Of a DNA stretch of 64,000 nt, positions 37,015-47,697 are shown piece by piece (the stretch's first letter is position 1; the number at the start of each line of letters is the position of its first letter). The notes under the pieces were generated by a model, which was not told the origin of the DNA, did no database searches, and saw nothing but the letters and a program-made list of their open reading frames with translations. The stretch is from an uncultured Nitrospirota bacterium (lineage in GTDB: Bacteria > Nitrospirota > Nitrospiria > Nitrospirales > UBA8639). The stretch covers positions 425,965-489,964 of the forward strand of contig CALOBY010000004.1 of the NCBI GenBank assembly GCA_942491685.1, in the 5' to 3' direction. The position numbers and the translations under genes were made by a program.

Positions 37015-39456
37015 TTAGTGGAGATCTGAATCGGAAAATTCTGAAAGCTGAAGGCTGTGTGCAGAGGCGTCAGGGGTCTCGAGAGGGAGAATGCTGAGGC
37101 TACGATGTAAGGTCGTACTGAGGCCAATCAATGAATAGGGTTTGGTGATGACACCGTGAAAGCCATAGGATTGGTAATTACCCATAATAGGATCGTTCGA
37201 ATATCCGCTGGACACAAAGGCGACTACCTTCGGATCAATCTCGCGTAGGCGAAGAATCGCCTCTTTGCCTCCCATACTTCCCGGAACCGTTAAGTCTAAA
37301 ATGACAGCAGAAAAAGGAACCTCCTTGTTTTGTGCCTGTCGGTAGAGCTCGATGGCTTCATGCCCATTCTTGGCGAGTTCACATTGGTAGCCACAGTGTA
37401 AGAGCATTTCCTTGGCCAACAGGCGTATCGGTTCTTCGTCATCCATCACCAGAATAGTCCCGTGTCCATGTTGGAGAGGGACGGTCCCCAACTTGATGGG
37501 CTTGGCTCCGCTGGCACAGGCTGGAAAATAAATGGAAAATTTGGTTCCCACCTTCGTTTGAGATTCCACCGCAATATGTCCTCCGTGCTTGTGCACAATG
37601 GCATACGTGGAAGCCAGCCCGAGTCCTTGCCCCTCCGCTTTGGTTGAAAAGTAGGGATCGAAAATTTTATGGAGTTGTTCTTGTTCGATGCCGATGCCTT
37701 CATCGGAAATGGTGACGTACAGGTAAGGGCCTGGTGGGAGCGGGAGTGGTGAGGAATCAGGTGTGGTGTTGATCACCACATTGGCTGCTTTAATAACCAA
37801 GGTCCCCCCGTTGGGCATAGCCTGCAGCGCGTTGATGACGATGTTGTGGATGACTTGGCTGATTTGGCCTGGATCGGCTTCAATGGGCCAGAGAGTCGTT
37901 GGGAGATGCCGTTCACATAACACCGAGGACCCGGAAAGTGCAAAACCTGACGATTCAATAATGATGTCCCTGAGAGAAATCAGCTGTTTAATGGGATCTC
38001 CGCCCTTGGCAAAGGCAAGGAGTTGTTGGGTGAGATCTTTGGCCCGCCACGTGGCCTGTTCCGCGCGGGTCAGGTAGGTTTCTCCAAGCGGCGGTAATTT
38101 CATGCTGTGTTGGGTCAGCGTAATGTTCCCCAGAATACTGGTCAGCAGATTGTTGAAATCGTGAGCAATGCCTCCGGCAAGGGTCCCAATGGCATCCATT
38201 TTTTGTGAACGTAATAATTGGGTTTCCAGGTGTTGTTTTTCTTCGTCCATTTTTCGGCGTTCAGTCACGTCGCGCGTCACGCCGGCGAATCCCTGTGGAC
38301 GACCTTCTTCATCCAGTAACAGGCTTGCTCGTACTTCAGCCCAGACCGTACTGCCATCTTTACAGCGATGCTCAAGTTCCAATAAGAGGGAGGGGCAGGT
38401 TTCCCCTGGTTCTTGATTAAATCGGGCGAGCTCTTGGTGCATGGCTAATTGTGCTTTTTCTAAAGAGGATGGCGTCAAGCATTCTTCCAACGACATGGCC
38501 ATAACTTCTTCGGCCGAAAACCCTCGTAAATCCTTAATCGAGGGACTGACATAGGAAAAACGACTACCATCCAGTTCCATCATCCAAATGACATCCGAAA
38601 TATGTTCGGTCACAAACTGGTATCGAAACTCAGATGTTTTGAGCGCAGTGGTCCGAGCTTCGACTGAGGTTTCGAGATACTTTTGGTGTTCCCATAATTC
38701 CTTTTCGACTCTGACTCGGTGAGCAACTTCTTTCCTGAGCGATTCATTTAAGGCCTCAGCCCGATCCCGGGCTTCTGTGAGGTTTCTAATCAAGGTTAAA
38801 TTTTCTTGGTGTAACGTCAAGGATTCGAGAATCATCCTTTGGTTGCGTTTGGCCGTCATCGTCATAAGAGTGATTAAGAGAAGTCCCATGGTCCCCATAC
38901 TCATGTGCAACGAGTCTCCTCGAGACAACAAGACGAAGATTATCGGTGCGCTGGTAGGGATGGAAAACACGAGGAAGGCAGGGAAATAGGAGGCATAGAG
39001 CGCCGTAGCTCCTGCGATCATTCCTCCAAAGACGAAGGTTAAAAAAACTTCATGTCCGATGGAAGCAGTCTGATACAGGACGATTCCCCCAATCCCCCAT
39101 ATACAGCCGGAGGCCAAATTACCGATGAGGAACCAATTCACCCATTGATTTCTCGTGCTATCTTGGAGCGTTTCCTGCTGATAGCGATACAGCAAGAAGC
39201 CCCATAACCCATTAATGATAAGGAGACTGATGAGCCATAAGATGAGCGTGTGTTGAGGTATGATCGTCCATAACAGGGTTACGAGGATGAAGCCATTGAT
39301 GAGAGAACCCCAAATACCGTAAGGCGCGAGCGAAAACAGTTGATGCACCTGTTGATTAAATAAAAGGTGTGATGATGGTTCCGTTAAGGGGGACCCAGGA
39401 GGTAAAGAATTAGAGGGGTTGGGAGGGGTGCTGTTATGGGGTTGTGAGTGACGCAT
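37015..39456 (-). CDS. Membrane-bound hybrid sensor histidine kinase (TM sensor-PAS-HisKA-HATPase-REC)
   Basis: Five to six N-terminal TM helices, PAS (HRCKDGSTVW), H-box AGGIAHDFNNLL, GLGL G-box, and REC with MDDE and LDLTVPG. Confidence 0.92.
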   Translation of the reverse strand: MRHSQPHNSTPPNPSNSLPPGSPLTEPSSHLLFNQQVHQLFSLAPYGIWGSLINGFILVTLLWTIIPQHTLILWLISLLIINGLWGFLLYRYQQETLQDSTRNQWVNWFLIGNLASGCIWGIGGIVLYQTASIGHEVFLTFVFGGMIAGATALYASYFPAFLVFSIPTSAPIIFVLLSRGDSLHMSMGTMGLLLITLMTMTAKRNQRMILESLTLHQENLTLIRNLTEARDRAEALNESLRKEVAHRVRVEKELWEHQKYLETSVEARTTALKTSEFRYQFVTEHISDVIWMMELDGSRFSYVSPSIKDLRGFSAEEVMAMSLEECLTPSSLEKAQLAMHQELARFNQEPGETCPSLLLELEHRCKDGSTVWAEVRASLLLDEEGRPQGFAGVTRDVTERRKMDEEKQHLETQLLRSQKMDAIGTLAGGIAHDFNNLLTSILGNITLTQHSMKLPPLGETYLTRAEQATWRAKDLTQQLLAFAKGGDPIKQLISLRDIIIESSGFALSGSSVLCERHLPTTLWPIEADPGQISQVIHNIVINALQAMPNGGTLVIKAANVVINTTPDSSPLPLPPGPYLYVTISDEGIGIEQEQLHKIFDPYFSTKAEGQGLGLASTYAIVHKHGGHIAVESQTKVGTKFSIYFPACASGAKPIKLGTVPLQHGHGTILVMDDEEPIRLLAKEMLLHCGYQCELAKNGHEAIELYRQAQNKEVPFSAVILDLTVPGSMGGKEAILRLREIDPKVVAFVSSGYSNDPIMGNYQSYGFHGVITKPYSLIGLSTTLHRSLSILPLETPDASAHSLQLSEFSDSDLH

Positions 39457-39678
39457 TGAATGCCCGCTCCAGATGATACAAGGTCAGGTAGGTGGAGAAC
39501 GCGGAACCCATTTAATGCTAGGTTGGAAAAATATTCTATATTATTGCGATAGACTGCCCATTTTGCCCATTATTGTCAAATCTGGTGGTCATTCCTGGGC
39601 CCATGGTGGCCAAGCGATTTGAGGAAAAGAGTCCTATGCGAATTGTTCGTTCAAAACTGAATAAATGTCTATGGTAGG

Positions 39679-40368
39679 ATGCTGCCCATGCGCGCCATGC
39701 CGATTTTGCAACAGACGATTTCCGATTGCACTCGTTGTCCTCGGTTAACCACGTATCGTCAAGAGGTGGCACGAGAAAAGGTCAAGCGTTTTAAGGATTG
39801 GGTCTACTGGGGCCGGCCGATTCCTGGGTTTGGGGATCCAAAAGCCAGCGTCTATGTCCTCGGGTTAGCCCCGGCCGCGCATGGGGGCAATCGTACCGGG
39901 CGTGTTTTTACGGGAGACCGAAGTGGTGATTGGTTATATGAAGCGCTCCATGCTTTTGGCTTTGCCAATCAACCCGAATCCATACATCGTGATGATGGTC
40001 TCACACTACAGAACTGTTTTGTGGCCGCTGCCGTGCGGTGTGCGCCCCCGGCCAATAAACCGACGAAAGACGAGTTCGAAACCTGCCGGGCCTTTGTTAT
40101 GGAAGAACTGCGGTTATTAGGACAGGTGCAGGTTGTCGTCGCGCTGGGGAAAATTGCCTTTGATGAATATGTGCGAACCTGTCAGTCCATGGGTCGCCAG
40201 ATCCCGGCACCCAGACCAAAGTTTACTCATGGGGCTGAATATGCGTTGCCTTGGAACGTGACATTGCTGGGCTCGTACCATCCAAGCCAGCAAAATACGT
40301 TTACGGGGACGTTGACTCGCTCCATGTTTCATTCGGTCTTTCGTCGCGCCAAGAACCTGATTGCGTAG
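39679..40368 (+). CDS. Uracil-DNA glycosylase, family 5 (UdgB-like, Fe-S)
   Basis: CTRCPRL, GLAPAAHGGNRTGRVFTGD, VRCAPPANKP and YHPSQQN. Confidence 0.9.
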   Translation: MLPMRAMPILQQTISDCTRCPRLTTYRQEVAREKVKRFKDWVYWGRPIPGFGDPKASVYVLGLAPAAHGGNRTGRVFTGDRSGDWLYEALHAFGFANQPESIHRDDGLTLQNCFVAAAVRCAPPANKPTKDEFETCRAFVMEELRLLGQVQVVVALGKIAFDEYVRTCQSMGRQIPAPRPKFTHGAEYALPWNVTLLGSYHPSQQNTFTGTLTRSMFHSVFRRAKNLIA

Positions 40369-40402
40369 GGGGTGGTCAGGCGAGGCGGAGACGAACTGCC
40401 GG

Positions 40403-41056
40403 TTATTTAGTGGAGGATTTTCGGGCCTCCCAATCAGCTAAGAATTTTTTTAACCCGATATCCGTGAGCGGATGTTTGACGAGTTGTTGGAAGACACTGT
40501 AGGGCATCGTGCAAATATGTCCCCCGAGGAGTGCAGCTTGGACCACATGCTGCGGATGACGGACGCTCGCCACGAGCACTTGGGTGGAATACTCATAATT
40601 TTCATAAATGGTTAAAATTTGTTCGATAAGGTCCATGCCGTCTGAGCTGATGTCATCAAGACGACCGATAAATGGCGAGACGCACCAGGCTCCCGCTTTA
40701 GCAGCCAAGAGGGCCTGAGTGGGCGAAAAACACAGGGTCACATTGACGCGAATCCCCTCGCTGGCCATGAGCTTCGTGGCCTTCAGTCCTTCTGGGATGA
40801 GTGGAACTTTCACCACGATATTTTTATGAATTTTGGCCAGTTCACGCCCTTCCTTGACCATCGCGTCGGCCTCGACACTGACGACCTCGGCACTAATTGG
40901 GCCATCCACGAGGCTGCAAATTTCCACGAGGAGGTCTTTGAAATCTCGGCCTTCCTTCGAGACGAGTGAAGGATTGGTGGTGATACCATCGACGAGACCA
41001 TAGCTGGCCGCTTCTCGAATTTCGTTCACATTGCCGGTATCCAAATACAGTTTCAT
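40403..41056 (-). CDS. tal: Transaldolase (short FSA/TalC type)
   Basis: [13 protein letters not shown] (Schiff-base Lys), [17 protein letters not shown] and ASVRHP. Confidence 0.92.
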   Translation of the reverse strand: MKLYLDTGNVNEIREAASYGLVDGITTNPSLVSKEGRDFKDLLVEICSLVDGPISAEVVSVEADAMVKEGRELAKIHKNIVVKVPLIPEGLKATKLMASEGIRVNVTLCFSPTQALLAAKAGAWCVSPFIGRLDDISSDGMDLIEQILTIYENYEYSTQVLVASVRHPQHVVQAALLGGHICTMPYSVFQQLVKHPLTDIGLKKFLADWEARKSSTK

Positions 41057-41256
41057 GACCGACTCCTTTGGTAGAAGAAAAATCTCGTAATTGAAGAGCT
41101 GGAGTCATTGTAATCAAGAACCCGGGTTTGGACAATTAGGTGGGGAAACTTCGCGTTTTCACTTGAGGGTTTGACGGATGGAGAATCGAAGACTAGAATT
41201 TTTAGAACGTTCTGTTCAGGCGTCACGAGGAGGGAACTGGTGAAAAGGAGGCAAAC

Positions 41257-41568
41257 GTGATTCGACGATATGTGATGGTGGGTCTGCTGGGGTTCGTGTT
41301 CGCCGGCTGTGGCGGCAATCCGTATTTAGAGGCCTCGCTAGATCCGGCAAAGTTCGAAGGGAAAGACCAGGCCTGGTTTGAAGAAAACTGGGGAAAACCC
41401 AGTGCGAAAACCTCGCGGTTTTTTGGGGGGGAAAGTTGGATCTATTCTCGTATTGCTGGCGGAGAAACTCATTTCCCATTTTTTAATTTCTCTCCGAACC
41501 AGTGCCAAATCACATTGGATTTTGATAAAGATCAAAAGCTGGACGATTACTCGTATACGGATTGTTAG
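41257..41568 (+). CDS. Small lipoprotein, possibly BamE/SmpA-like fold
   Basis: AGGAGG RBS, GTG start, lipobox FAG-C, and a WGKP...W.Y...ITLDFD pattern. Confidence 0.7.
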   Translation: MIRRYVMVGLLGFVFAGCGGNPYLEASLDPAKFEGKDQAWFEENWGKPSAKTSRFFGGESWIYSRIAGGETHFPFFNFSPNQCQITLDFDKDQKLDDYSYTDC

Positions 41569-41691
41569 TCTCCGTCTATCTTGGGACCAATCAAGATATC
41601 CTTGGATTGTTCGCGCATCCAGAATCCTGTCACAATTTGTTCAGACGAGGGGCTTTCTCTACCGTGAGACCTGTCTGACAAGAAAGGTATC

Positions 41692-42480
41692 GTGTCACGC
41701 CGAATTGTTGTGTGTCAGACGCAGGAAGACTTGTTCGAAGCCGCGGCTCAAATCGTCGTGCAGTCTGCACCTTTCAGATCAGATCGCGCCCAGTCGTATT
41801 CGATCGCGCTGTCAGGTGGTTCAACGCCGCAACGGTTGTTTGCGCGATTAGCGGCTGATCCTTACCGGTCACAAATTGATTGGTCATCGATCCACGTGTT
41901 CTGGGGGGATGAACGAAACGTGCCTCCGGATCATGGGGATAGCAACTTTCGCATGGCCAAAGAACATTTATTAGATCGTGTGCCTATTCCTCTTGACCAG
42001 GTGTTTCGCATGGAAGGGGAGCGTCCAGCGCAGGAAGCGGCGATTCGATATGAAGACGTGTTGCAACGGGCCTTTTCTCTGAAAAACAAAGGAGTTTTCC
42101 CTCGGTTTGACTTAATTTTACTAGGCATGGGGCCTGATGGTCATACGGCCTCGTTATTTCCCGACACAGCGGTTCTGGAGGAAACGACACGTTGGGTAGG
42201 GGCTCCGTGGATAGAAAAATTGCACACGCATCGTATTACCCTCACTCCGCCAGTCCTGAATGCCGCTCGCCGGATTGTTTTTGTGGTGAGCGGAGCCGAC
42301 AAAGCCCAGGCTGCGCAGGCCGTATTAGAGGGACCTGTTCAGATCCGTCAGTACCCGTCGCAAGTGGTGAATCCGGTCCAGGGAGAAGTGATCTGGCTGA
42401 TGGATCGTGAGGCGTCAAGTCGCCTCCAGCACACTCCTCTCATCGAATGGGAAGGGGACAAAGGGATGGTTATCGGATGA
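41692..42480 (+). CDS. pgl: 6-phosphogluconolactonase
   Basis: IALSGGSTP, FWGDERNVP, SNFRM, LGMGPDGHTASLFP and RITLT. Confidence 0.95.
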   Translation: MSRRIVVCQTQEDLFEAAAQIVVQSAPFRSDRAQSYSIALSGGSTPQRLFARLAADPYRSQIDWSSIHVFWGDERNVPPDHGDSNFRMAKEHLLDRVPIPLDQVFRMEGERPAQEAAIRYEDVLQRAFSLKNKGVFPRFDLILLGMGPDGHTASLFPDTAVLEETTRWVGAPWIEKLHTHRITLTPPVLNAARRIVFVVSGADKAQAAQAVLEGPVQIRQYPSQVVNPVQGEVIWLMDREASSRLQHTPLIEWEGDKGMVIG

Positions 42481-42872
42481 CTCCTTCTAAAGCACCATTG
42501 GCGTTTATTCATGCACTACACAAGCACCCGGTGAGCTGCGAAGGTCAGAATTGTCCCTCTTCTGTAGAGGTGAACGATATTTCCCAACCCGCTGACCGAG
42601 TCAAAACCTTTCACTTGCAGTGCAGTGTGTGCCATTGGGAACAAACGGTGTCCGGTTCGCGACAAGTGGATCCGCCATGGGATGAGGGCTCGCTCATGGA
42701 AATCACGGAAGAGCATTTGTTGCATCTGGAGCCCGTCTGTCCATACGACCAGGCACCATTAGAATTTCATTCTCTGCCCAATCCCCGTAGGCGGGCTCGA
42801 TATCGAATCACGTGCTTTTATTGTGGGCGCCAAGAAGAATTGGATTGGCCCCCTGAAGAAGCCAAGCGGTAG
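42477..42872 (+). CDS. Cys-rich hypothetical protein (probable Zn binding)
   Basis: ATGA overlap with the pgl stop; CEGQNC, CSVC, CPYD and CFYC motifs. Confidence 0.7.
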   Translation: MTPSKAPLAFIHALHKHPVSCEGQNCPSSVEVNDISQPADRVKTFHLQCSVCHWEQTVSGSRQVDPPWDEGSLMEITEEHLLHLEPVCPYDQAPLEFHSLPNPRRRARYRITCFYCGRQEELDWPPEEAKR

Positions 42873-42975
42873 GTTGTGGTTGTGTCGAGACTGTTTGGTG
42901 TTCTTGTGCTCTTCGGAGTTCTCCAAACGGGATCTTCCCCGCTGTCATATCACATAGTCCCTCGTGTTCCTCTGA

Positions 42976-43731
42976 ATGAAAAAAATTAAAAAGAAGAAAT
43001 CAGCCAGCCAGGCCTTGCCCGCCTTTTTGATTGGTTGGACACATGGAGGGCCTCCCCCTCCTGGGTATTTGGCTGCCTGGTTTGACCAACGTTATGGGGG
43101 ACCGTTACAGATTCGATTTCTTTCGTCGAATGGCCATCATCATTTTGAGGCTGTGCATACCAATTGGAATGCGCAGGTCCAATTGGCGCCTGCGGCTCAG
43201 GTCGTAGAGCAGTGGCAAGGGCGCTTGCAGTGGGATCATCGGCATCTTGCCCAACTGCTGGTTCCGTCAAAGGCGCAGGCCGATCGCCAAGACGAGGTGC
43301 TTCATCTTGCTCGAGTCGCCAGAGGTCTTACCTTACTGATGGAGGGGACGAGCTATGATGTGGCCACGGGCACCTATTTAAATCCTTCGGATTGGAAGGA
43401 TCGCGACCTCACCGTGTTTCAGATTGAAGATCATGTGCAGGTCGAACAACAGGAACAGATCGAGCAGATGCGGATGTGGTGGCATACCCGTGGTCTCACG
43501 AAATTCGGATTAGATGACATTGAACTGTTTCAGTCCCTCGGATTATCAGAGCGAACAATCAAGCCCATGTTGCAAGGGGTTGCTCTTCAATTGATGGCTT
43601 ATGGAAAAAATCCAAAGATTGGAGAGCATGTTTGCTTTGGGGAACACGGAGAGCAGGTCGAGGTTGTTCGCCATCGGACGGATCCTTGGTACGGCGTGCC
43701 CTTGGCCTTTCGAGAGATTCGAATAGCCTAA
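42976..43731 (+). CDS. Hypothetical protein
   Basis: 251-aa ORF with plausible composition and a WWHTRGLTKFGLDDIEL motif; function not recognised. Confidence 0.6.
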   Translation: MKKIKKKKSASQALPAFLIGWTHGGPPPPGYLAAWFDQRYGGPLQIRFLSSNGHHHFEAVHTNWNAQVQLAPAAQVVEQWQGRLQWDHRHLAQLLVPSKAQADRQDEVLHLARVARGLTLLMEGTSYDVATGTYLNPSDWKDRDLTVFQIEDHVQVEQQEQIEQMRMWWHTRGLTKFGLDDIELFQSLGLSERTIKPMLQGVALQLMAYGKNPKIGEHVCFGEHGEQVEVVRHRTDPWYGVPLAFREIRIA

Positions 43732-43755
43732 AGGCTCAGGATCACGTGGGGGTGT

Positions 43756-44298
43756 TTATCGAGGGGCAGCGACGACGGTGATTCGAGTTTTTGCACCAGC
43801 CACGAGCGCGCGGTCGCATGGCTTCAGGTCGGTATCAATTGCCACATGGGGTGTATACCCGGGACGACTCAACAGGTGTTGAGTCAGGGCTTCGCCTGAA
43901 TCGATCGGGCGGGGCATTCGATAGATGTAGATGAGTCCACGGTCTTCAATTTTATACCACCCACGCCCCAAAGTTTTTGTATAAAACGCGATAATGGTTT
44001 CAGGAGAATCCGGACTGAGCAGGACGGCCGAAGGAAACGTCTTATACTGTTTCCCTTGGATGGTGGCTGTCCCGCTGGGAATGGCACTGACCAATTTTGC
44101 GCGGGGGTAGGGGGGCACCATAAAAAAGTTCGCGGGAGGTGTCCAATTTTTGAGAAATGATTCGTGTAAGGTCGTGAGCTGACATTGGGGGTTCTGTCGA
44201 ACGGCAGAAAAATCGGCCAGCGGGGCGTAGGAGTTGGCCTGTGCCACGTTAGGCAATAAAAAAAGCCAAATTACAAGAACAAACCACCATTTCTTCAT
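43756..44298 (-). CDS. Exported hypothetical protein
   Basis: AGGAG RBS, signal peptide MKKWWFVLVIWLFLLPNVAQA, two Cys. Confidence 0.7.
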   Translation of the reverse strand: MKKWWFVLVIWLFLLPNVAQANSYAPLADFSAVRQNPQCQLTTLHESFLKNWTPPANFFMVPPYPRAKLVSAIPSGTATIQGKQYKTFPSAVLLSPDSPETIIAFYTKTLGRGWYKIEDRGLIYIYRMPRPIDSGEALTQHLLSRPGYTPHVAIDTDLKPCDRALVAGAKTRITVVAAPR

Positions 44299-44464
44299 GA
44301 AAAACTCCTTGAGCTGTGCCAGGTAGCAAATTCAAAGTGAAAAAGTATCATCGCGAAAGTTGGCAGGACAGTCAACTGGTTTGGGTCCCACCATTGATGT
44401 TTAAAAAAAGAAAAATGTTCCTGTTCTTTTATGCCGCAGCATCTGCATTCGCCTTTTCTGCTTC

Positions 44465-44707
44465 TTAGCGCAAAAACCTAGTTAGCCACATAGCTAAAAA
44501 CAACAAAAGCAGGAAGCCTACTGTAGAAGTAATGACCTCTTGACTTACAGTGGGTTTTTCTTCTGGGTACTTACCAAGTGTTAGCAATTTAACCATGGGG
44601 AAACCTGTATAAAAACAGAGCACCCACCAAATGATTTCCACAACGAAATAAACGACGGCTCTAAATGCTACCCGAAAAAAGGCTTCACCAATTTCATCAA
44701 CTGGCAT
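44465..44707 (-). CDS. Small membrane protein
   Basis: AGGAGG RBS, two hydrophobic segments, GKYP motif. Confidence 0.6.
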   Translation of the reverse strand: MPVDEIGEAFFRVAFRAVVYFVVEIIWWVLCFYTGFPMVKLLTLGKYPEEKPTVSQEVITSTVGFLLLLFLAMWLTRFLR

Positions 44708-44809
44708 TTAGGCGACCTCCTGGTACCCTCCTGCAACTAATATTTAGCGCTAGGCTTTTTCAACTACCCGCTGTTTTTGAAGAGCACTTTGAAGGAGGGC
44801 CTCTGATTG

Positions 44810-45748
44810 TTACGAAATTGTGGGAGGCTTCCCAGGGTTTTTATTGATCACATTCATAGCCAAAGCAATCATTGAGCCCACATCTGAGACAGAGGCAGGG
44901 AGGACTAAGGTATTACTGGTTTTAGCCAACTCGCCAAATTCTCCAATATATTGTTCGGCGACACGAAGTTGTACAGCCTCGTAGCCTCCAGGGTTCTGAA
45001 TGGCTTCGGCCACTTTCCGAATCCCCTCTGAGGTGGCGGTGGCAATGGCTAGTATGGCTTGGGCCTCACCTTCTGCTTCATTGATTTGTTGTTGACGCTT
45101 GGCTTCTGAAGCCTTAATGACTTGCTGTTTTTCCCCTTCGGCTTCGTTAATCGCGGCATCGCGTTGACCTTCTGATGTCAAGACGACGGCTCGCTTTTCC
45201 CGTTCCGCACGCATCTGCTTTTCCATGGCATTAACTACGTCCTGCGGGGGGTTGATATTTTTAATTTCATACCGCATGACTTTCACGCCCCAAGGTGCCG
45301 AAGCTTTGTCTAATTCGTTGACCACCGAAATATTTATGGTCGAGCGTTCCTCGAACGTTCGATCAAGATCTATTTTCCCGATTTCGCTTCGCAGGGTCGT
45401 TTGAGCCAGTTGAGAAATCGCGAATCGAAAATCCGTAATTCCATAGGAGGCGCGTTCCGCATCCAGAACTTTGATGTAGAGCACGCCATCTACTCCCACC
45501 TGGACATTGTCGCGGGTAATACAAATTTGTTCAGGAACATCCAGAGCGAGTTCCTTTAGTGAATGTCGATACCGAATCACATCAATAAATGGAACCAAAA
45601 TATGGAGGCCGGCATTGAGGGTGGAAGAATATTTTCCCAACCGTTCCACCACGTAGGCGCTTTGCTGGGGCACCACGACGGCTGTTTTTTTCAAGATGAG
45701 TAAGACCAGACCAGCAAAAACTAGGGTCGCTAATAATTCCCCGGACAT
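44810..45748 (-). CDS. SPFH/band-7 (QmcA/paraslipin-like) protein
   Basis: VVERLGKY, QICITRDNV, LAQTTLRSEIG, WGVKVMRYEI and AEREKRA. Confidence 0.93.
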   Translation of the reverse strand: MSGELLATLVFAGLVLLILKKTAVVVPQQSAYVVERLGKYSSTLNAGLHILVPFIDVIRYRHSLKELALDVPEQICITRDNVQVGVDGVLYIKVLDAERASYGITDFRFAISQLAQTTLRSEIGKIDLDRTFEERSTINISVVNELDKASAPWGVKVMRYEIKNINPPQDVVNAMEKQMRAEREKRAVVLTSEGQRDAAINEAEGEKQQVIKASEAKRQQQINEAEGEAQAILAIATATSEGIRKVAEAIQNPGGYEAVQLRVAEQYIGEFGELAKTSNTLVLPASVSDVGSMIALAMNVINKNPGKPPTIS

Positions 45749-45749
45749 A

Positions 45750-46211
45750 TTATTCCTCCTGTGTCATCGATTCGGCTTGAATCCATAGGGTCAGTCCATC
45801 CACGCGTACAATCTTGGCTAGGGTCTGTTTCTCAAGGAGAGTTGTACCCGCATTTCTGGCGTTCCAGGTAGATCCGCGAAGTTCCACTTTGCCAACGGCC
45901 TGTGGGGGAAGAGGTTCTAACACCGTCGCTAGTTCGCCAATCATGGAATCCACGTCTGGCTCCTCTTGCCCATCCAGACTTCTATTGGCCTGCAAGGGCT
46001 TCTTCATGACGAAGAGGGAAATGACACCTAAAATGGCGAACAGAAACCATTGAAGCCAAGCCGCCTCGGCAAGTCCGGCCCAGGTGAGTCCGCTGACCAG
46101 TAACGCGGCCACTCCGAAAAATAAGAAATAAAAATTTCCTAGCCCGCCTAAGGTTAGTATTTCAACGCCAACGAGACTAAACCCTAAAATGGACCAGTGC
46201 CACCAGAGCAT
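45750..46211 (-). CDS. NfeD-family C-terminal-domain membrane protein
   Basis: TM helices followed by GKVELRGSTWNA...VDGLTL; canonical partner upstream of SPFH. Confidence 0.88.
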   Translation of the reverse strand: MLWWHWSILGFSLVGVEILTLGGLGNFYFLFFGVAALLVSGLTWAGLAEAAWLQWFLFAILGVISLFVMKKPLQANRSLDGQEEPDVDSMIGELATVLEPLPPQAVGKVELRGSTWNARNAGTTLLEKQTLAKIVRVDGLTLWIQAESMTQEE

Positions 46212-46700
46212 GGTGTGTACACTCCTTTGTCATGGGTGTCGTTATTTTTGGTTCTATGTCGTTGTCTATGGTATCGGTTGCTGGGAAGCGGGAACTAAAG
46301 CAGAGTGGGCGGCAATCTTTGCCGGGTGCCTAAGGCCCCTCTTATGAAATGCTACCATATTTTTTGGAAAAGGTCTTGGTTTGCTGAGGGAAGTAATGGA
46401 ACGGGGGTAAGGTGTAATTGAAAGCATTAGGGAGCACCTTCTGGCTAATGCGAGTCATATTGTGTGGTTTACGAGGTGTGGAGATAGGCACTTTGCGATT
46501 TCCTGTACGAACCGGAATTTTGTATATTCATGATTGATGCCGGGTTTCGGCCCGGCAGCCGAGATCCTTTTGTTTCGGCAAAAGGACCCAAAGCCATCGA
46601 AGGGATGCCCGTCAGTATTAGATTGCAAGGAAGCAAACAAAGGGAAAGTGGACCAACCCGCGGAGCGTGTCTATTTTTTGATGGGTTGAGACTGATGACC

Positions 46701-47357
46701 TTAGCTTGCTAATTCCAGGCATTGTTCGATCATGGCTTGAAGGTGTTTGTTCTGGCCAAATGAGATATCTTGGACGTGCCCTTTCCGGTCGAAGAGGATG
46801 GAGGAGGGGGTGCCTTGCAGCGAGAAGCGCTCGAAGGTTTCGGCTTTCATGGTTTTCTGTTTCAAATAATTTCTCACTTGTTGAAGGACGGTTTGTTTTC
46901 TGTCTTCTCCCAATTCGTCAAAATCAGGCAGGGCGTTACGGGAATAACGAAGAATTCTCTCCTGAGTGACCGGTTCCTGGTCGGTCGTGACACGATCCAT
47001 GCCGACTGCAAATGGTAATTGCCATTCAAGTTTGCCATCAGTGACCATTCCTTGCTGCGTTAGGGTGTGCAGGGTTTCGCCAATCACTTCACCTCTTTTG
47101 ACCAATCGCTCCAAATTTTCCAGGGTATTTTTGTCATAATCCTCAAATGCGGTAGCCAAGCCAATGACGACCAAACCTTTTGCTTGATACGTTTTGTGTA
47201 ATTGGATGGCATGAGGTAGAGCATACAAAAAGCACCCTGGGCAATTGACTTGAAAGACTTCGACGAAGACCACAGAGCCGATTAGGTCTGTCAGATTGAT
47301 GGGGCCACCTTGCACCCAGGTGTCTACCGATATGTCAGATAATGAATAGGTATTCAT
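46701..47357 (-). CDS. Thioredoxin-fold / TlpA-like redoxin
   Basis: VEVFQVNCPGCF, VIGLATAFE and LQGTPSSILFD. Start re-assigned to ATG 47357 to avoid overlap with tusA. Confidence 0.78.
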   Translation of the reverse strand: MNTYSLSDISVDTWVQGGPINLTDLIGSVVFVEVFQVNCPGCFLYALPHAIQLHKTYQAKGLVVIGLATAFEDYDKNTLENLERLVKRGEVIGETLHTLTQQGMVTDGKLEWQLPFAVGMDRVTTDQEPVTQERILRYSRNALPDFDELGEDRKQTVLQQVRNYLKQKTMKAETFERFSLQGTPSSILFDRKGHVQDISFGQNKHLQAMIEQCLELAS

Positions 47358-47427
47358 GATGCTCAAAGAAAAGGCCGCTAGTACGTGTGCACCAACGGCC
47401 TTCCAGGTAATCGTTGAAAAAGAAATT

Positions 47428-47670
47428 CTAGGCTTTTTTGACGTAGGCCTTATAGATCGTTTTGTCTCCTCCGGGTTCTTCTTCCAACCCGACCCATTCG
47501 TGCCCGGTGGTTTCACACCAGGCCGGCATATCTTTTTTGATCCCTTCATCATCAGATGCCACTTCCAGGACTTGACCTGAGGCTAGCTCTTTAATTTTTT
47601 TGGACGTTAAAATAATAGGCATGGGGCAGAAATATCCGAGGGTATCGAGTTTCACATCGGCTGGTATCAT
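47428..47670 (-). CDS. tusA: TusA-family sulfurtransferase
   Basis: LDTLGYFCPMP, LEVASDDEG, DMPAWC; 80 aa. Confidence 0.9.
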   Translation of the reverse strand: MIPADVKLDTLGYFCPMPIILTSKKIKELASGQVLEVASDDEGIKKDMPAWCETTGHEWVGLEEEPGGDKTIYKAYVKKA

Positions 47671-47697
47671 AGCGTGTCCTTCTTGATTGAGTTCAAA

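Noticed and set aside
47358-47552. N-terminal extension of the redoxin ORF
   Set aside because: It overlaps tusA in another frame; the thioredoxin-like sequence starts at ATG 47357.
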